From positions 352,001 through 416,000 of the forward strand of contig CAVWUU010000004.1 of the NCBI GenBank assembly GCA_963758295.1: a stretch of 64,000 nt of DNA, given 5' to 3'. Of this stretch, positions 50,001 through 58,861 are shown piece after piece. The notes under the pieces were generated by a model. It was not told the origin of the DNA. It was given only the letters and a program-made list of their open reading frames with translations, and did not search any database. A program made the position numbers and the translations under genes. Position 1 is the first letter of the stretch. Every line of letters begins with the position of its first letter. This stretch comes from Candidatus Eremiobacteria bacterium. GTDB lineage: Bacteria > Vulcanimicrobiota > Vulcanimicrobiia > Vulcanimicrobiales > Vulcanimicrobiaceae.

Positions 50001-51491
50001 CAACAGCTTGCGAATTTGCGGATTGCCGGCGTAGGCAAGCTTCAAATCAACGATCTGTTCCAGCGCCGCGCCGATCGAGAGCCCTCCGGGGCCCGACGGG
50101 ATCATCTTTGCGACCTTGTCGACTTCGGGTAGCGGAACGCCAAGTGCGCGGCCCGCATCGCGAACGGCGGCACGCGCGGCCATCGTACCGAACGTAACGA
50201 TTTGCGCCACGCGTTCTTTGCCGTACTTCTCGGTGACGTACGCAATGACTTCGTCGCGCCGCTCCACGCAGAAGTCCGTATCGATATCGGGCATCGAAAT
50301 ACGATCCGGGTTCAGGAATCGCTCGAAGAACAAGCTGAATTTGAGCGGATCTAGATCGGTGATTTTCAGACAGTAGGCGATCACCGAGCCGACCGCCGAG
50401 CCGCGTCCCGGTCCCACCGGAATATCGTGATCGCGAGCGTACTTGATGAAGTCCCAAACGATCAGGAAGTACGATGCAAAACCCATCTTGTTGATGATGC
50501 CGAGTTCGTATTCGAAGCGCTCGCGCAAGGCCGTATCCGACGTTGCGCGTTCATCACCGTACCGCTCGATCAAACCGGCTTCGCAAATTTCGCGAAGATA
50601 GTCTTCTGCCGAGCGTTCCTCTTCGGGCGCGGGTGCCGGTACCGGATATTGCGGCAGATGGAAGATCTTCTCCGGAATTTTGATGTCTATCCGGTCGGCG
50701 ATCTTTACGGTGTTCTCGCAAGCTTCGGGCAGATCGCTCCACAGCTCGCGCATCTCTTCCGCGGATTTAACGTAGAACTGGTCGGAGTAGAACTTCATGC
50801 GGCTCGTGTCGGCGACGGTTTTGCCGGTGCCGATGCAGAGCAGCACGTCGTGCGCGGGCGCGTCGCGTTGTTCAAGGTAATGCGAGTCGTTTGTCGCGAC
50901 AATCGGTACGTTGAGCTGCCGCGCGACCTTCACCAGCCCCGTGTTGATGACGTCTTCCTCGGGCATGCCGTGACGCATCACCTCGATGTAGAAGCGGTCG
51001 CCGAAGATCTCTACGAAGGTTTTCGCATTCTTTACAGAGGTATCGTAGTCGTTTTTGAGCAGCGGGGCGGCAACGAGTCCCGACATGCACCCGGACAAAA
51101 CGATGAGGCCATCGTTGTGCTCCGCAAGCAAATCCAAATCGATCCGCGGCTTGTAGTAGTAGCCTTCGAGAAAGCCTTTGGAGATGAGCGCGGTTAAGTT
51201 TCTGTAACCAACCAGATCGGCGGCCAGCAGCGTAACGTGCGCTTCATCGCGCACCGTCCGATCGAAACGGCCGCGCGGCGCGATGTAGGCTTCGCATCCG
51301 ATGATCGGGGTTAGCTTCGTGTCCCGTGCGGCATAATAGAACTCCATGGCGCCATACATGACGCCGTGGTCAGTCAGCGCAACTGCCGGAGAGCCGTCTT
51401 CGGCGGCTCGATGACAAAGCCGGTCCACGCGGCAAGCCCCGTCCAACAGGGAGTATTCGGAGTGAACGTGGAGATGAACGAACTGACTCAA
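47079..51491 (-). CDS. dnaE: DNA polymerase III alpha subunit, intein-containing
   Basis: HLHVHSEYSLLDG, GRGSA, MPDIDTDF, YGFNKSH. Confidence 0.98.
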   Translation of the reverse strand: MSQFVHLHVHSEYSLLDGACRVDRLCHRAAEDGSPAVALTDHGVMYGAMEFYYAARDTKLTPIIGCEAYIAPRGRFDRTVRDEAHVTLLAADLVGYRNLTALISKGFLEGYYYKPRIDLDLLAEHNDGLIVLSGCMSGLVAAPLLKNDYDTSVKNAKTFVEIFGDRFYIEVMRHGMPEEDVINTGLVKVARQLNVPIVATNDSHYLEQRDAPAHDVLLCIGTGKTVADTSRMKFYSDQFYVKSAEEMRELWSDLPEACENTVKIADRIDIKIPEKIFHLPQYPVPAPAPEEERSAEDYLREICEAGLIERYGDERATSDTALRERFEYELGIINKMGFASYFLIVWDFIKYARDHDIPVGPGRGSAVGSVIAYCLKITDLDPLKFSLFFERFLNPDRISMPDIDTDFCVERRDEVIAYVTEKYGKERVAQIVTFGTMAARAAVRDAGRALGVPLPEVDKVAKMIPSGPGGLSIGAALEQIVDLKLAYAGNPQIRKLLDTAKDIEGLARNAGTHAAGVVISAGPLIDYAPLVKFGDGGVNTQFDMVWVEKIGLLKMDFLGLRNLTVMNSAVTEIRRTVDSNFDLAKISDTDQRTFEMLGRGETMGVFQLESDGMKRVCIELKPSRFEDIIALVALYRPGPMDWIPQYISNKHGRSKPTYLHPKLEPILAETYGVACLKYDVPVWTADGGAKQICDVAAGDEVVTFDTATGSTKPAKVEKIWPSGKKRVLRIKLSTGTTVECSEDHRFPTPGGDLMARDLRTNGHGNRTRYHDSQTDSILYEAWVRSNNDPKLVVGSDRAYLLGVLAREGSWKQNSENKRLTDSAVHWPEQDRIALLRGLWDSDGSDRSSSPYFRSTSKQLLAQVGGLLSTLKIAYYVSESAVHVQDVGRFMRVVDGTRMPDKRGSEHLGSAKIFSRVTGGTMTEANVYAERGSDIVGLRDSYERAYEQPYRDTRPVYIDSIEDVGEYECFDLQMEDQSSPYFIANGIATHNCYQEQVMQMARDVAGFTMGQADELRKVMGKKQKDKIPVYREKFVTQAMDVSGVTRELGEQIFAFIEPFAGYGFNKSHAAAYGWISYQTAYLKANHPLQYLSALMSSVKDKTDKLVEYIDEAKKIGIEVLPPDVNESLVDFAVVGEHIRFGLAAVKGVGEGAVQNIINARAAEGPFNDFFDLANRVDTKQVNRRVFEALIKCGALDQLPGNRAQKLAALDTALDLAAHKAREAELGQVSLFGDVGEHAPSLAPVLPVLPAPTNREQLAWEKETLGIFVSGHPLSEVQEMLVRQGATLIKDLRNVEDDAFVTIAGMVTTVRRTLTKTGQQILIAQVEDTSGSCDVVVFSKIYPSVQHFFNADQIVVVKGRLRLRERPGATPGEEPPIELSVSANEVTVFEPPARGYEAPPARGWHVDATSRDQIDRLAALVDEWPGDVPLVMHARGRSQLLNRTTSSDVRLRGELERIFGRGNVREGAPDLV
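48522..49469 (-). mobile_element. 316-aa intein with degenerate LAGLIDADG domain
   Basis: Interrupts TYGVA|CYQEQ; begins CLKYD, block B SEDHRF, ends FIANGIATHN followed by +1 Cys. Confidence 0.95.
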
Positions 51492-51540
51492 GTTTATGCC
51501 GACCTAAAGAAATTACAGCAGCTAGACGTTACCTTAATCG

Positions 51541-52689
51541 ATGGCCGCCAACTTGTCCCCCGGTGCGAGCGGGCTTTCAACCGGCTTCCCCACAGCCGCC
51601 GAACTCCAAGAGGAGATCGAGCGGCTCCGAAGCCGTGTTGCGATTTTGGAGGCTGAACGCGACGAGTACGCCCAACAGAATGCCGAACTCTTCGTCCTCC
51701 AACAAGTTTTCTCCACCATCAACTCCACGCTCGAGATAAACGACATCCTGTCGATGGTTCTTCGAGGCGTGGTCGAAGCGCTGAAATTCAAGCGCGTCAT
51801 TCTCTTCGACGCGCTCGAGGGCGGCACCATCATCCGCCGGCTCGAATGTGACGTAAACGGCGCCGTCGTTCATGCCGTCGATCCCCGAGAATTTCGTCTG
51901 AACTCGGCGCTGCATGATGTAGCACACGGCGATCTACAGTTGGCTTACGGGAACGCCGACGATCCGGACCGGCCGCTCGACGATGCGCGCGGCTTCTATT
52001 GCGTAGCGCCCCTCGTTGCGCGCGACGTGGTCCGCGGGATGCTCTATGCCGACGATCCGCCGGGCGAAGAAATCACAGAAAACCAGCTTCGCGTCTTGCT
52101 CGACTTCGCGTCGCAGGCGGCAATTGCGGTCGAGAACGCGCGTTTATATGAAGAGACGCGCCGGCTTCTGGAAGAAACGCAGCGTCTGGCGAATACCGAC
52201 AGCCTCACCGGCATTCCGAACCGCCGGGCGCTCAACGACATGCTGGATCGCGAGTTGCATACGTCGGAGCGTTACGATACGCCGTTTGCGTTCGTCATTC
52301 TCGATCTCGACGACTTAAAGAAAATCAACGACTCCGGCGGTCACAGCCTTGGAGACTTGGCGCTCAAGCGATTCGCGCAAGTTTTGAAGAAAAACGCCCG
52401 TAAAGGCGACATCGTCGCGCGCTATGCCGGCGACGAATTCGTGCTCATCATGGCACAAAGCGATCGCGAACAGACGTCTAAAGGCGTCGAACGCATCATG
52501 TCGGCCCTGCGGCGCAACGGGCTTGCTTCGTCGATCGGCGTTGCGATGTTCCCGCTGGACGGCACCGACGGTCAGACGCTCTTCTTTGCGGCCGACGAGG
52601 CGTTGTACCAGGCTAAGCAAGGCGGCAAGAACCAATTCCGATTCTACGACCGCAAGAAGCCCGACACCGCCGAGGATGCGAGCGCCTAG
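51541..52689 (+). CDS. GAF-GGDEF diguanylate cyclase
   Basis: DSLTGIPNRR, DLDDLKKIND..GH..GD, RYAGDEF. Confidence 0.92.
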   Translation: MAANLSPGASGLSTGFPTAAELQEEIERLRSRVAILEAERDEYAQQNAELFVLQQVFSTINSTLEINDILSMVLRGVVEALKFKRVILFDALEGGTIIRRLECDVNGAVVHAVDPREFRLNSALHDVAHGDLQLAYGNADDPDRPLDDARGFYCVAPLVARDVVRGMLYADDPPGEEITENQLRVLLDFASQAAIAVENARLYEETRRLLEETQRLANTDSLTGIPNRRALNDMLDRELHTSERYDTPFAFVILDLDDLKKINDSGGHSLGDLALKRFAQVLKKNARKGDIVARYAGDEFVLIMAQSDREQTSKGVERIMSALRRNGLASSIGVAMFPLDGTDGQTLFFAADEALYQAKQGGKNQFRFYDRKKPDTAEDASA

Positions 52690-52907
52690 CCTCGAGCCTT
52701 TGGACGGCCGGCCGAAACGGCCGTTCGCAAGCCAAGGCGTTAACGGGTCGATCGCCCGGTCCCAAATCGGAGTGAACGCTCGACCGCCGCGAGCAACGCT
52801 AGGGCAGCGGTCACGGGCGGGTAAGCTTACCTACCATTGTAGTGGTCACCCACGCGGAACGAGAGTATAAAGAAGCAAACTCCCTGTAGTCCTGGGAAAG
52901 GCTCACG

Positions 52908-54593
52908 TTGATCAAGCACGACGTCGTCGTCATTGGTGGCGGTCTGGCCGGCATGCGCGCCGCAGTCGAAGCTGCGGAGCTCGGGGCCGACGTCGCTATC
53001 GTTTCAAAGATGCACCCGGTGCGCAGCCACTCCGGCGCCGCACAGGGCGGCATCAACGCCGCACTCGGAAACCGCGAAGAGGACAGCCCGGAAGCCCATA
53101 CCTTCGACACGGTGAAAGGCTCCGACTATTTGGGTGATCAGGACGCCATCGAAGCGATGTGCGAAGATGCGCCCAAACAAATCATTTGGCTCGAGCATCG
53201 CGGCTGCATCTTCTCCCGTCTGCCTGACGGCCGGATTGCCCAGCGCCCCTTCGGCGGCGCCGGCGCTCCCCGCACGTGCTACTCCGCGGACGTAACCGGC
53301 CTCGTTATCCTGCACACCCTTTGGGAGCAGCTCGAGCGCTTCGGCGTCAAAGTCTATGAAGAGTACTTCTGCACGGCACTCGCGACCGAAGACGGCATCG
53401 GAACCGGCGTGGTTGCGTACAACATGCGCAATGGACAACTCGAGCTGATCACCGCCAAAGCGACGATCTTCGCGACGGGCGGCGCGGGCCGCATGTACCT
53501 CAAGACAACCAACGGCTACGCATCGACGGCCGACGGCATGGGGATTGCATACAAGGCGGGCATCCCGCTGATGGATATGGAGTTCATGCAATTCCATCCC
53601 ACCACGCTCAAAGAGAACGGCGTGCTAATGACCGAAGGTGCGCGCGGTGAAGGCGGCTACCTGATCAACGCCGATGGCGAGCGCTTCATGTTCAAGTACG
53701 CGCCAAATAAAGGCGAACTCGCTTCGCGCGACGTCGTTTCCCGCGCTGAATGGACGGAGATTCTCGAAGGCCGCGGCGTGAACGGCTGCGTCATGCTCGA
53801 CCTGCGTCACCTCGGACGCGAAAAGATTCTCGAACGTCTCCCGCAGATTCGCGAGCTCGCCCTCGACGCAACCGGCAAGGATGCGATCAACGAGCCGATT
53901 CCGATTCTTCCCGGCGCTCACTACACCATGGGCGGCATCGAAACCAACAAGTTCGGCGCAACTCGCATCCCCGGCGTCTATGCCGCGGGCGAGTGCGCGT
54001 GTGTCAGCGTCCACGGTGCAAACCGGCTCGGCGGCAATTCGCTGCTCGACACGATTGTCTTCGGAGCGCGTTCGGCACGCCACGCCGTCGAGTACATCAA
54101 GCAAGTCGGCGACGTAAAGCCGTCGGAACGCACGCTCAAGCAAGAACAGGACCGCGTCAAGGAACTGCTCTCGCGTACGAGCGGTACGCGGGCGCCGCAG
54201 CTGCGTCACGCCATGAACGTCACGATGAGCGATAACGCATTCATCTTCCGCGACGAAGAGGGCCTTCAGGCCGCTGTCGACGAGCTCACGCGCGTTCGCA
54301 AGGAATTCGATGCGGGCGTTTACGTGATGGACAAATCGTCGACGTTCAATACCGACCTCGTCTCGACATTCGAGACCGACTATCTCATCGACGCGGCACT
54401 TTCTCTCGCGACCGGCGCGCTCAATCGCAAGGAATCGCGCGGAGCCCAATCGCGTACGGACTTCCCCGAACGCGACGACGCCAACTGGATGAAGCACACG
54501 CTTGCGTGGCGCCAAGAAGACGGCACGCCGCGTATGGATTACTCGCGAGGCATTACGATCACGAAGTTTGAGCCGCAGGTGAGAACGTACTAA
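52908..54593 (+). CDS. sdhA: Succinate dehydrogenase/fumarate reductase flavoprotein
   Basis: [40 protein letters not shown]. Confidence 0.96.
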   Translation: MIKHDVVVIGGGLAGMRAAVEAAELGADVAIVSKMHPVRSHSGAAQGGINAALGNREEDSPEAHTFDTVKGSDYLGDQDAIEAMCEDAPKQIIWLEHRGCIFSRLPDGRIAQRPFGGAGAPRTCYSADVTGLVILHTLWEQLERFGVKVYEEYFCTALATEDGIGTGVVAYNMRNGQLELITAKATIFATGGAGRMYLKTTNGYASTADGMGIAYKAGIPLMDMEFMQFHPTTLKENGVLMTEGARGEGGYLINADGERFMFKYAPNKGELASRDVVSRAEWTEILEGRGVNGCVMLDLRHLGREKILERLPQIRELALDATGKDAINEPIPILPGAHYTMGGIETNKFGATRIPGVYAAGECACVSVHGANRLGGNSLLDTIVFGARSARHAVEYIKQVGDVKPSERTLKQEQDRVKELLSRTSGTRAPQLRHAMNVTMSDNAFIFRDEEGLQAAVDELTRVRKEFDAGVYVMDKSSTFNTDLVSTFETDYLIDAALSLATGALNRKESRGAQSRTDFPERDDANWMKHTLAWRQEDGTPRMDYSRGITITKFEPQVRTY

Positions 54594-54596
54594 ACG

Positions 54597-55568
54597 ATGG
54601 CAAATATTAAACTCGATATCTTCCGTTTCGACGAAGCGACCGACACGATTCCGCATCGCGATGTCGTTGAAGTCGACGTTCCCGAGACGATGACGGTGCT
54701 CGACGCCCTCGAAACCGCCAAAGCGGAAATCGACGGATCGATCAGCTTCCGCCGTTCGTGCCGTTCCGCAATCTGCGGTTCGTGCTCGATGAACATCGGC
54801 GGCGTCACCAGCCTCGCTTGTAAGACCCCGTGCAACGCGGTCATGGACGAAGACAACGTCGTCAAGGTCGACCCGATGCCGAATTTCCAGCCGATGAAAG
54901 ACCTCGTCGTCCATATGGACCCGTTTTGGGACAAATATGCGCGTCTGAAGCCCTATCTCCAGCCGAAGGACAAAGACTCGGAGCACCAGACCGAGCGCCG
55001 CGTTTCGCCCGACGACATGAAAAAACTCGTCGACGTCGCGAACTGCATCATGTGCGCAACGTGCTACGCGCTTTGCCCGGTCGTGAGCGTCGACCCGGCC
55101 TTCGCCGGGCCCGCGGCGATCGCGTATGCGTACCGCTTCATCGAAGACGTGCGCGACGGCAAGCGTGAAGAGCGCATCGGCCAGATTTCCGAAGATTATC
55201 TCTGGCTGTGCGCGCACTGCTACGCGTGCTCGTACTGCCCAAAACACGTCAATCCGAACGATCGTATCGTCGATGTGAAACGTGCCGCGGTGAAGGATCG
55301 CGTTATGATGGACGAACGCGGACCGCGTCACGCGCTCGTCGTAGCAAAGACGATCAAGCAGACCGGTATGCTTGCGGAAACCGAAGTCATTCTGGGGACC
55401 GTGGGACGCTTCAACATCAAGGGCATGCTGAAAGTCACATTCCTCGGCGCGGCGCTCGGCGCACGCATGGGCCTTAAAGGCAAACAGCCGCCCATCTTCG
55501 TTAAGCCGATTCCGAAAGTGGACGAAGTCCGCACAATTTTTGAAGCCCTGGAGGTCCCGGTCAGCTAA
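54597..55568 (+). CDS. sdhB: SDH/FRD iron-sulfur subunit
   Basis: SCRSAICGSC, CIMCATCYALCP, CAHCYACSYCP. Confidence 0.93.
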   Translation: MANIKLDIFRFDEATDTIPHRDVVEVDVPETMTVLDALETAKAEIDGSISFRRSCRSAICGSCSMNIGGVTSLACKTPCNAVMDEDNVVKVDPMPNFQPMKDLVVHMDPFWDKYARLKPYLQPKDKDSEHQTERRVSPDDMKKLVDVANCIMCATCYALCPVVSVDPAFAGPAAIAYAYRFIEDVRDGKREERIGQISEDYLWLCAHCYACSYCPKHVNPNDRIVDVKRAAVKDRVMMDERGPRHALVVAKTIKQTGMLAETEVILGTVGRFNIKGMLKVTFLGAALGARMGLKGKQPPIFVKPIPKVDEVRTIFEALEVPVS

Positions 55569-56518
55569 TGTCTGCCACTCTTCTTCCCGAAGACCGCGCC
55601 GTCGATTCGCACAAGGCATCGAAGTCGCGTGAAACCAAGCGGTACGGGTTTTTCCCGGGCTGCGTCGCCAAAGAGTCTTGCAAAGAACTTTTCAACTCGA
55701 CGATGCTTCTTGCCGACAAACTGGGCATCGAACTGATCGAGCTGACCGCGGCATCGTGCTGCGGCGCATCGGTTGTCAACGACGTGAACCGCGACGTCGC
55801 CCGCGTGCTCAACGCGCGCACGTACGCTCAAGCCGAGGCCCTCGGTTTGGACGACGTCATCACGATCTGCTCCACGTGCACCGGCCACATGCGCGCGGCC
55901 AACAAAGAACTGCTCGAGAGCGAAGAGCGCATGGACCATGCCAACGCCATCCTCGGCAAGTTCGGCGCGAAGTACAACGGCGGCGTCATGGTGCGCCACC
56001 TGTTGTGGATGCTTATCGACGACATCGGGCTCGACAATCTGCGTAAGATGGTCGTGCGTCCGCTCAACGGCCTTAAAGTTGCGCCGTTCTACGGCTGCCA
56101 TATCATCCGTCCCGAAAACGTCAACGGCTGGGAATCAGCCCGCAATCCGCATTCGCTTGAAGACGTCATCGAAGCACTCGGCGGTGAAGCCGTCGACTAC
56201 GCCGGCAAGACGCGTTGCTGCGGCTTTCACATCCAGCTCGAAAAAGACAACACCGCGGCAAACATGGTCGGTCAGAACATGCGCATGGCGAAGGACCACG
56301 GCGCGGAAGCCGTGATCACCCCGTGCCCGCTGTGCCATCTTGCGCTGGACGGCTATCAACAAGATTCTGCGGCGCGTTGGGGCCGCACGGATCTGCCGAC
56401 GTTCCACCTTCCGCAGCTCGTCGCGTTCGCGCTCGGCGTTGCCCCGGAGAAACTTGGCTTGAACAAGCACCTGATCGATCCGCGCACCATCATGGTGGAA
56501 CGCGAGCTCATTAGCTAA
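55568..56518 (+). CDS. CCG-domain (HdrB-like) SDH anchor subunit
   Basis: FPGC, CCG, CSTC, YGC, CCG, CPLC. Confidence 0.9.
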   Translation: MSATLLPEDRAVDSHKASKSRETKRYGFFPGCVAKESCKELFNSTMLLADKLGIELIELTAASCCGASVVNDVNRDVARVLNARTYAQAEALGLDDVITICSTCTGHMRAANKELLESEERMDHANAILGKFGAKYNGGVMVRHLLWMLIDDIGLDNLRKMVVRPLNGLKVAPFYGCHIIRPENVNGWESARNPHSLEDVIEALGGEAVDYAGKTRCCGFHIQLEKDNTAANMVGQNMRMAKDHGAEAVITPCPLCHLALDGYQQDSAARWGRTDLPTFHLPQLVAFALGVAPEKLGLNKHLIDPRTIMVERELIS

Positions 56519-56549
56519 TCGTTCATTTCTACTCCGAAAACAGATGAAC

Positions 56550-56614
56550 AAGCGCCGTAAAGCGGCGCTTCTTCTGTTTCAGGCGCTCTTGAAAAAGCCG
56601 CCCGGAAGGGCGGC
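56550..56614. terminator. Pair of convergent terminators
   Basis: AAGCGCCG/CGGCGCTT plus T-rich tail (+); GCCGCCC/GGGCGGC plus TTTTT (-). Confidence 0.7.
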
Positions 56615-56621
56615 GATTGGT

Positions 56622-56840
56622 TCAGACTACTTGATACGGGACCACGACTTCGATCCGGTCCACGTTTTGGGCGGGTATTTCTATCTGGTCGCCGTCGAAG
56701 CACACCAGCGGCATCGAATGACTGATGCGCTCAAGCATGTTTTCGCGCACGAATTCCGCCATTTCCCGTTGATTGTAGCGCTCGCATACGCTCTTACCGT
56801 CACGTAAACGAACCCAAAGCTCTACTGCAGCGTTGTCCAT
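56622..56840 (-). CDS. Small hypothetical protein (72 aa)
   Basis: GGAGGA RBS before ATG 56840; own terminator downstream. Confidence 0.65.
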   Translation of the reverse strand: MDNAAVELWVRLRDGKSVCERYNQREMAEFVRENMLERISHSMPLVCFDGDQIEIPAQNVDRIEVVVPYQVV

Positions 56841-57030
56841 GTCGTCCTCCGAGATGGAGATGGTACCCACAAAATGGAAAGCCGCTCTCGGCTTCCAGCC
56901 GGAGAGCGGCCTTTTCTCGTCTGCGATCGTAGGTTTTCGCCGATTCGTGAACGCCGCCGGGGCGGAGATTCACGGGCGGCCCGAACCGAGGCACGATGCC
57001 GGACAAACGCCGGGGCTTTTTCTTTGCCAT
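56800..57030 (-). CDS. Small basic protein, candidate ArfA/BrfA-like ribosome rescue factor
   Basis: GGGAGGT RBS, extended -10, MAKKKPRR..GGVHESAKTYDRRREK, internal terminator. Confidence 0.6.
   Translation of the reverse strand: MAKKKPRRLSGIVPRFGPPVNLRPGGVHESAKTYDRRREKAALRLEAESGFPFCGYHLHLGGRHGQRCSRALGSFT
56870..56914 (-). terminator. Intragenic intrinsic terminator-like hairpin
   Basis: GCCGCTCTC-C-GGCT-GGA-AGCC-GAGAGCGGC followed by TTTCCATTTT. Confidence 0.65.
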
Positions 57031-57047
57031 AGTAGACCTCCCACGGG

Positions 57048-57056
57048 ATAGTAACA
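57048..57056 (-). promoter_or_regulatory. Extended -10 element TGTTACTAT
   Basis: TGnTAnnnT 17 nt upstream of ATG 57030. Confidence 0.5.
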
Positions 57057-57082
57057 CAGAGGTCGAACCACCCCGTTGCAAT

Positions 57083-58800
57083 ATGACGACCGCTGCCGTG
57101 CCTGCCGCGACCATCGATGGCCATCTGGAAGAGTTGCGCGCCGGCGCCGGCCGCTGGATCGCCATCCGACCCGCCCAAAAAGCCGCTTTGCTTACAAGCG
57201 TTCGCCAAAGCGTGGCAGCGAGGCCGAGCGCTGGGCGGAGGCCGGCTCGCGCGCAAAGGGAATCTTGCGGGCACGCCCCTTGAGGGCGAGGAATGGATAT
57301 CCGGGCCTTGGGCGGTGCTTTACGCGCTCAACCGCTATATCGACACGCTGCAGCAAATCGATCGAACCGGCGCACCGGGTTTCCCGCAACGCGTCTGCGC
57401 GAACGGCCCGGCGGACAACTCGTCGCCGACGTCTTCCCGTCTCGCTCTACGAAAGGTGCTGTTCAACGGCATTCGTGCCGAGGTGTGGATGGAGCCCGAC
57501 GTAAGGCGCGCAAGTTTGCGGAAACGCTCGGTATTTGGTACTGCAGCGCTCATCGCGACGCCAAGAGTCGCGTTGGTGCTCGGTGCAGGGAATATCTCTT
57601 CGATCGCCCCGCTGGACGTCTTCTACAAACTCGTTGCCGACGGCACGTTTGCATTCTGAAAATCAATCCGGTGAACGAGTATCTCGGGCCCGATTTTCGA
57701 GGCGGCCTTGAAACCGCTCGTCGACGGCGGATACTTGCGTTTCGCGTACGGAGGCGCGGAAACCGGCAAGTATCTAACCAATCATCCCAACATCGACGAG
57801 ATTCACATCACCGGAAGCGACAAGACGTTCGACGCGATCGTGTTCGGTGAGGGAGCCGAAGGCGCGCAACGGAAGCTTCGCGACGAAGCGATGCTTGAGC
57901 AAGCCCATTTCGAGCGAGCTTGGAAACGTCAGCCCGACGATCGTGGTTCCCGGGCCGTGGAATGATGACGATTTTGCGTTTCAAGCCCAAAACATCGTCA
58001 CCCAAAAGATGCACAACGGCGGGTTCAATTGCATCGCTTCACAGGTGTCGATCGTCCCTCCGATTGGCCCGGCAGCCGCCGATTGCTCGACGCAATTGCG
58101 CGCGTCATGGAACGCTCGCGGATCGGCCCGCCTACTATCCTGGAGCGGAGCACGGCAAGAACGCCTCACCATAAAGGATGCGGCCTTCAACGCTATGGCC
58201 GGAGTGGCGATGGCTTTGTTGCGCGAACCGTTCTGCACACCGCCCCGGATGAAACCGCGCACATCGCGTTTCGCAACGAAGCTTTCAGCAGCGTCCTCGC
58301 GGTGAAACGCTTGCCGGCGATACCGCCGCCTATCTGAAGCGGGCAGTGGATTTCGCAAATGCCGCTCTGTGGGGCACGCTTGGCGCAAACTCATCGTGCA
58401 TCCGGAAACAATGCGCGATTTCCCGGAAGACGTAGATAACGCGATTGCGAGTTTGCGCTACGGTTGCATCGGCGTGAATGCATGGACCGGAGTGGGATAT
58501 TTCATTGCTGAAACGCCGTGGGGCGCGTATCCAGGCCACGCGCAAAACGACATCCAAAGCGGAACCGGCGTAGTCCATAACAGCCACCTATTCTCCAGAT
58601 CGGAAAAGAGCGTCGTCTATGCGCCGTTCGCGCCGTTTCCACGAAGCTTCGCCGGATACGGCAACACGTTGCTTCCGAAGCCACCGTGGTTCGTAACGAA
58701 TAAAATGGCGGCGCACATCGGGCGCGCGCTTTGTGATTTTGAGGTGCGAAAAAACCCAATTTCCATGTCGCGCGTCGCTTTGTTAGCCCTGCTAGCCTAG
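57083..58800 (+). pseudogene. Aldehyde dehydrogenase with many frameshifts
   Basis: LGAGN, IHITGS, SELGNVSP, FNCIA, LRYG.IGVN, PWGA spread over all three frames. Confidence 0.8.
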
Positions 58801-58861
58801 ACGCTGCCGCGCGGCGGCCCGCTTGCATTATCCCTTAAAAACGGGGCACAATAGCCCTGTT

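Noticed and set aside
53625..55619. 664-aa minus-strand ORF
   Set aside because: Antisense shadow of the strongly codon-biased sdhAB
56544..56807. 87-aa plus-strand ORF
   Set aside because: It runs through two terminators and is antisense to a gene with a clear RBS
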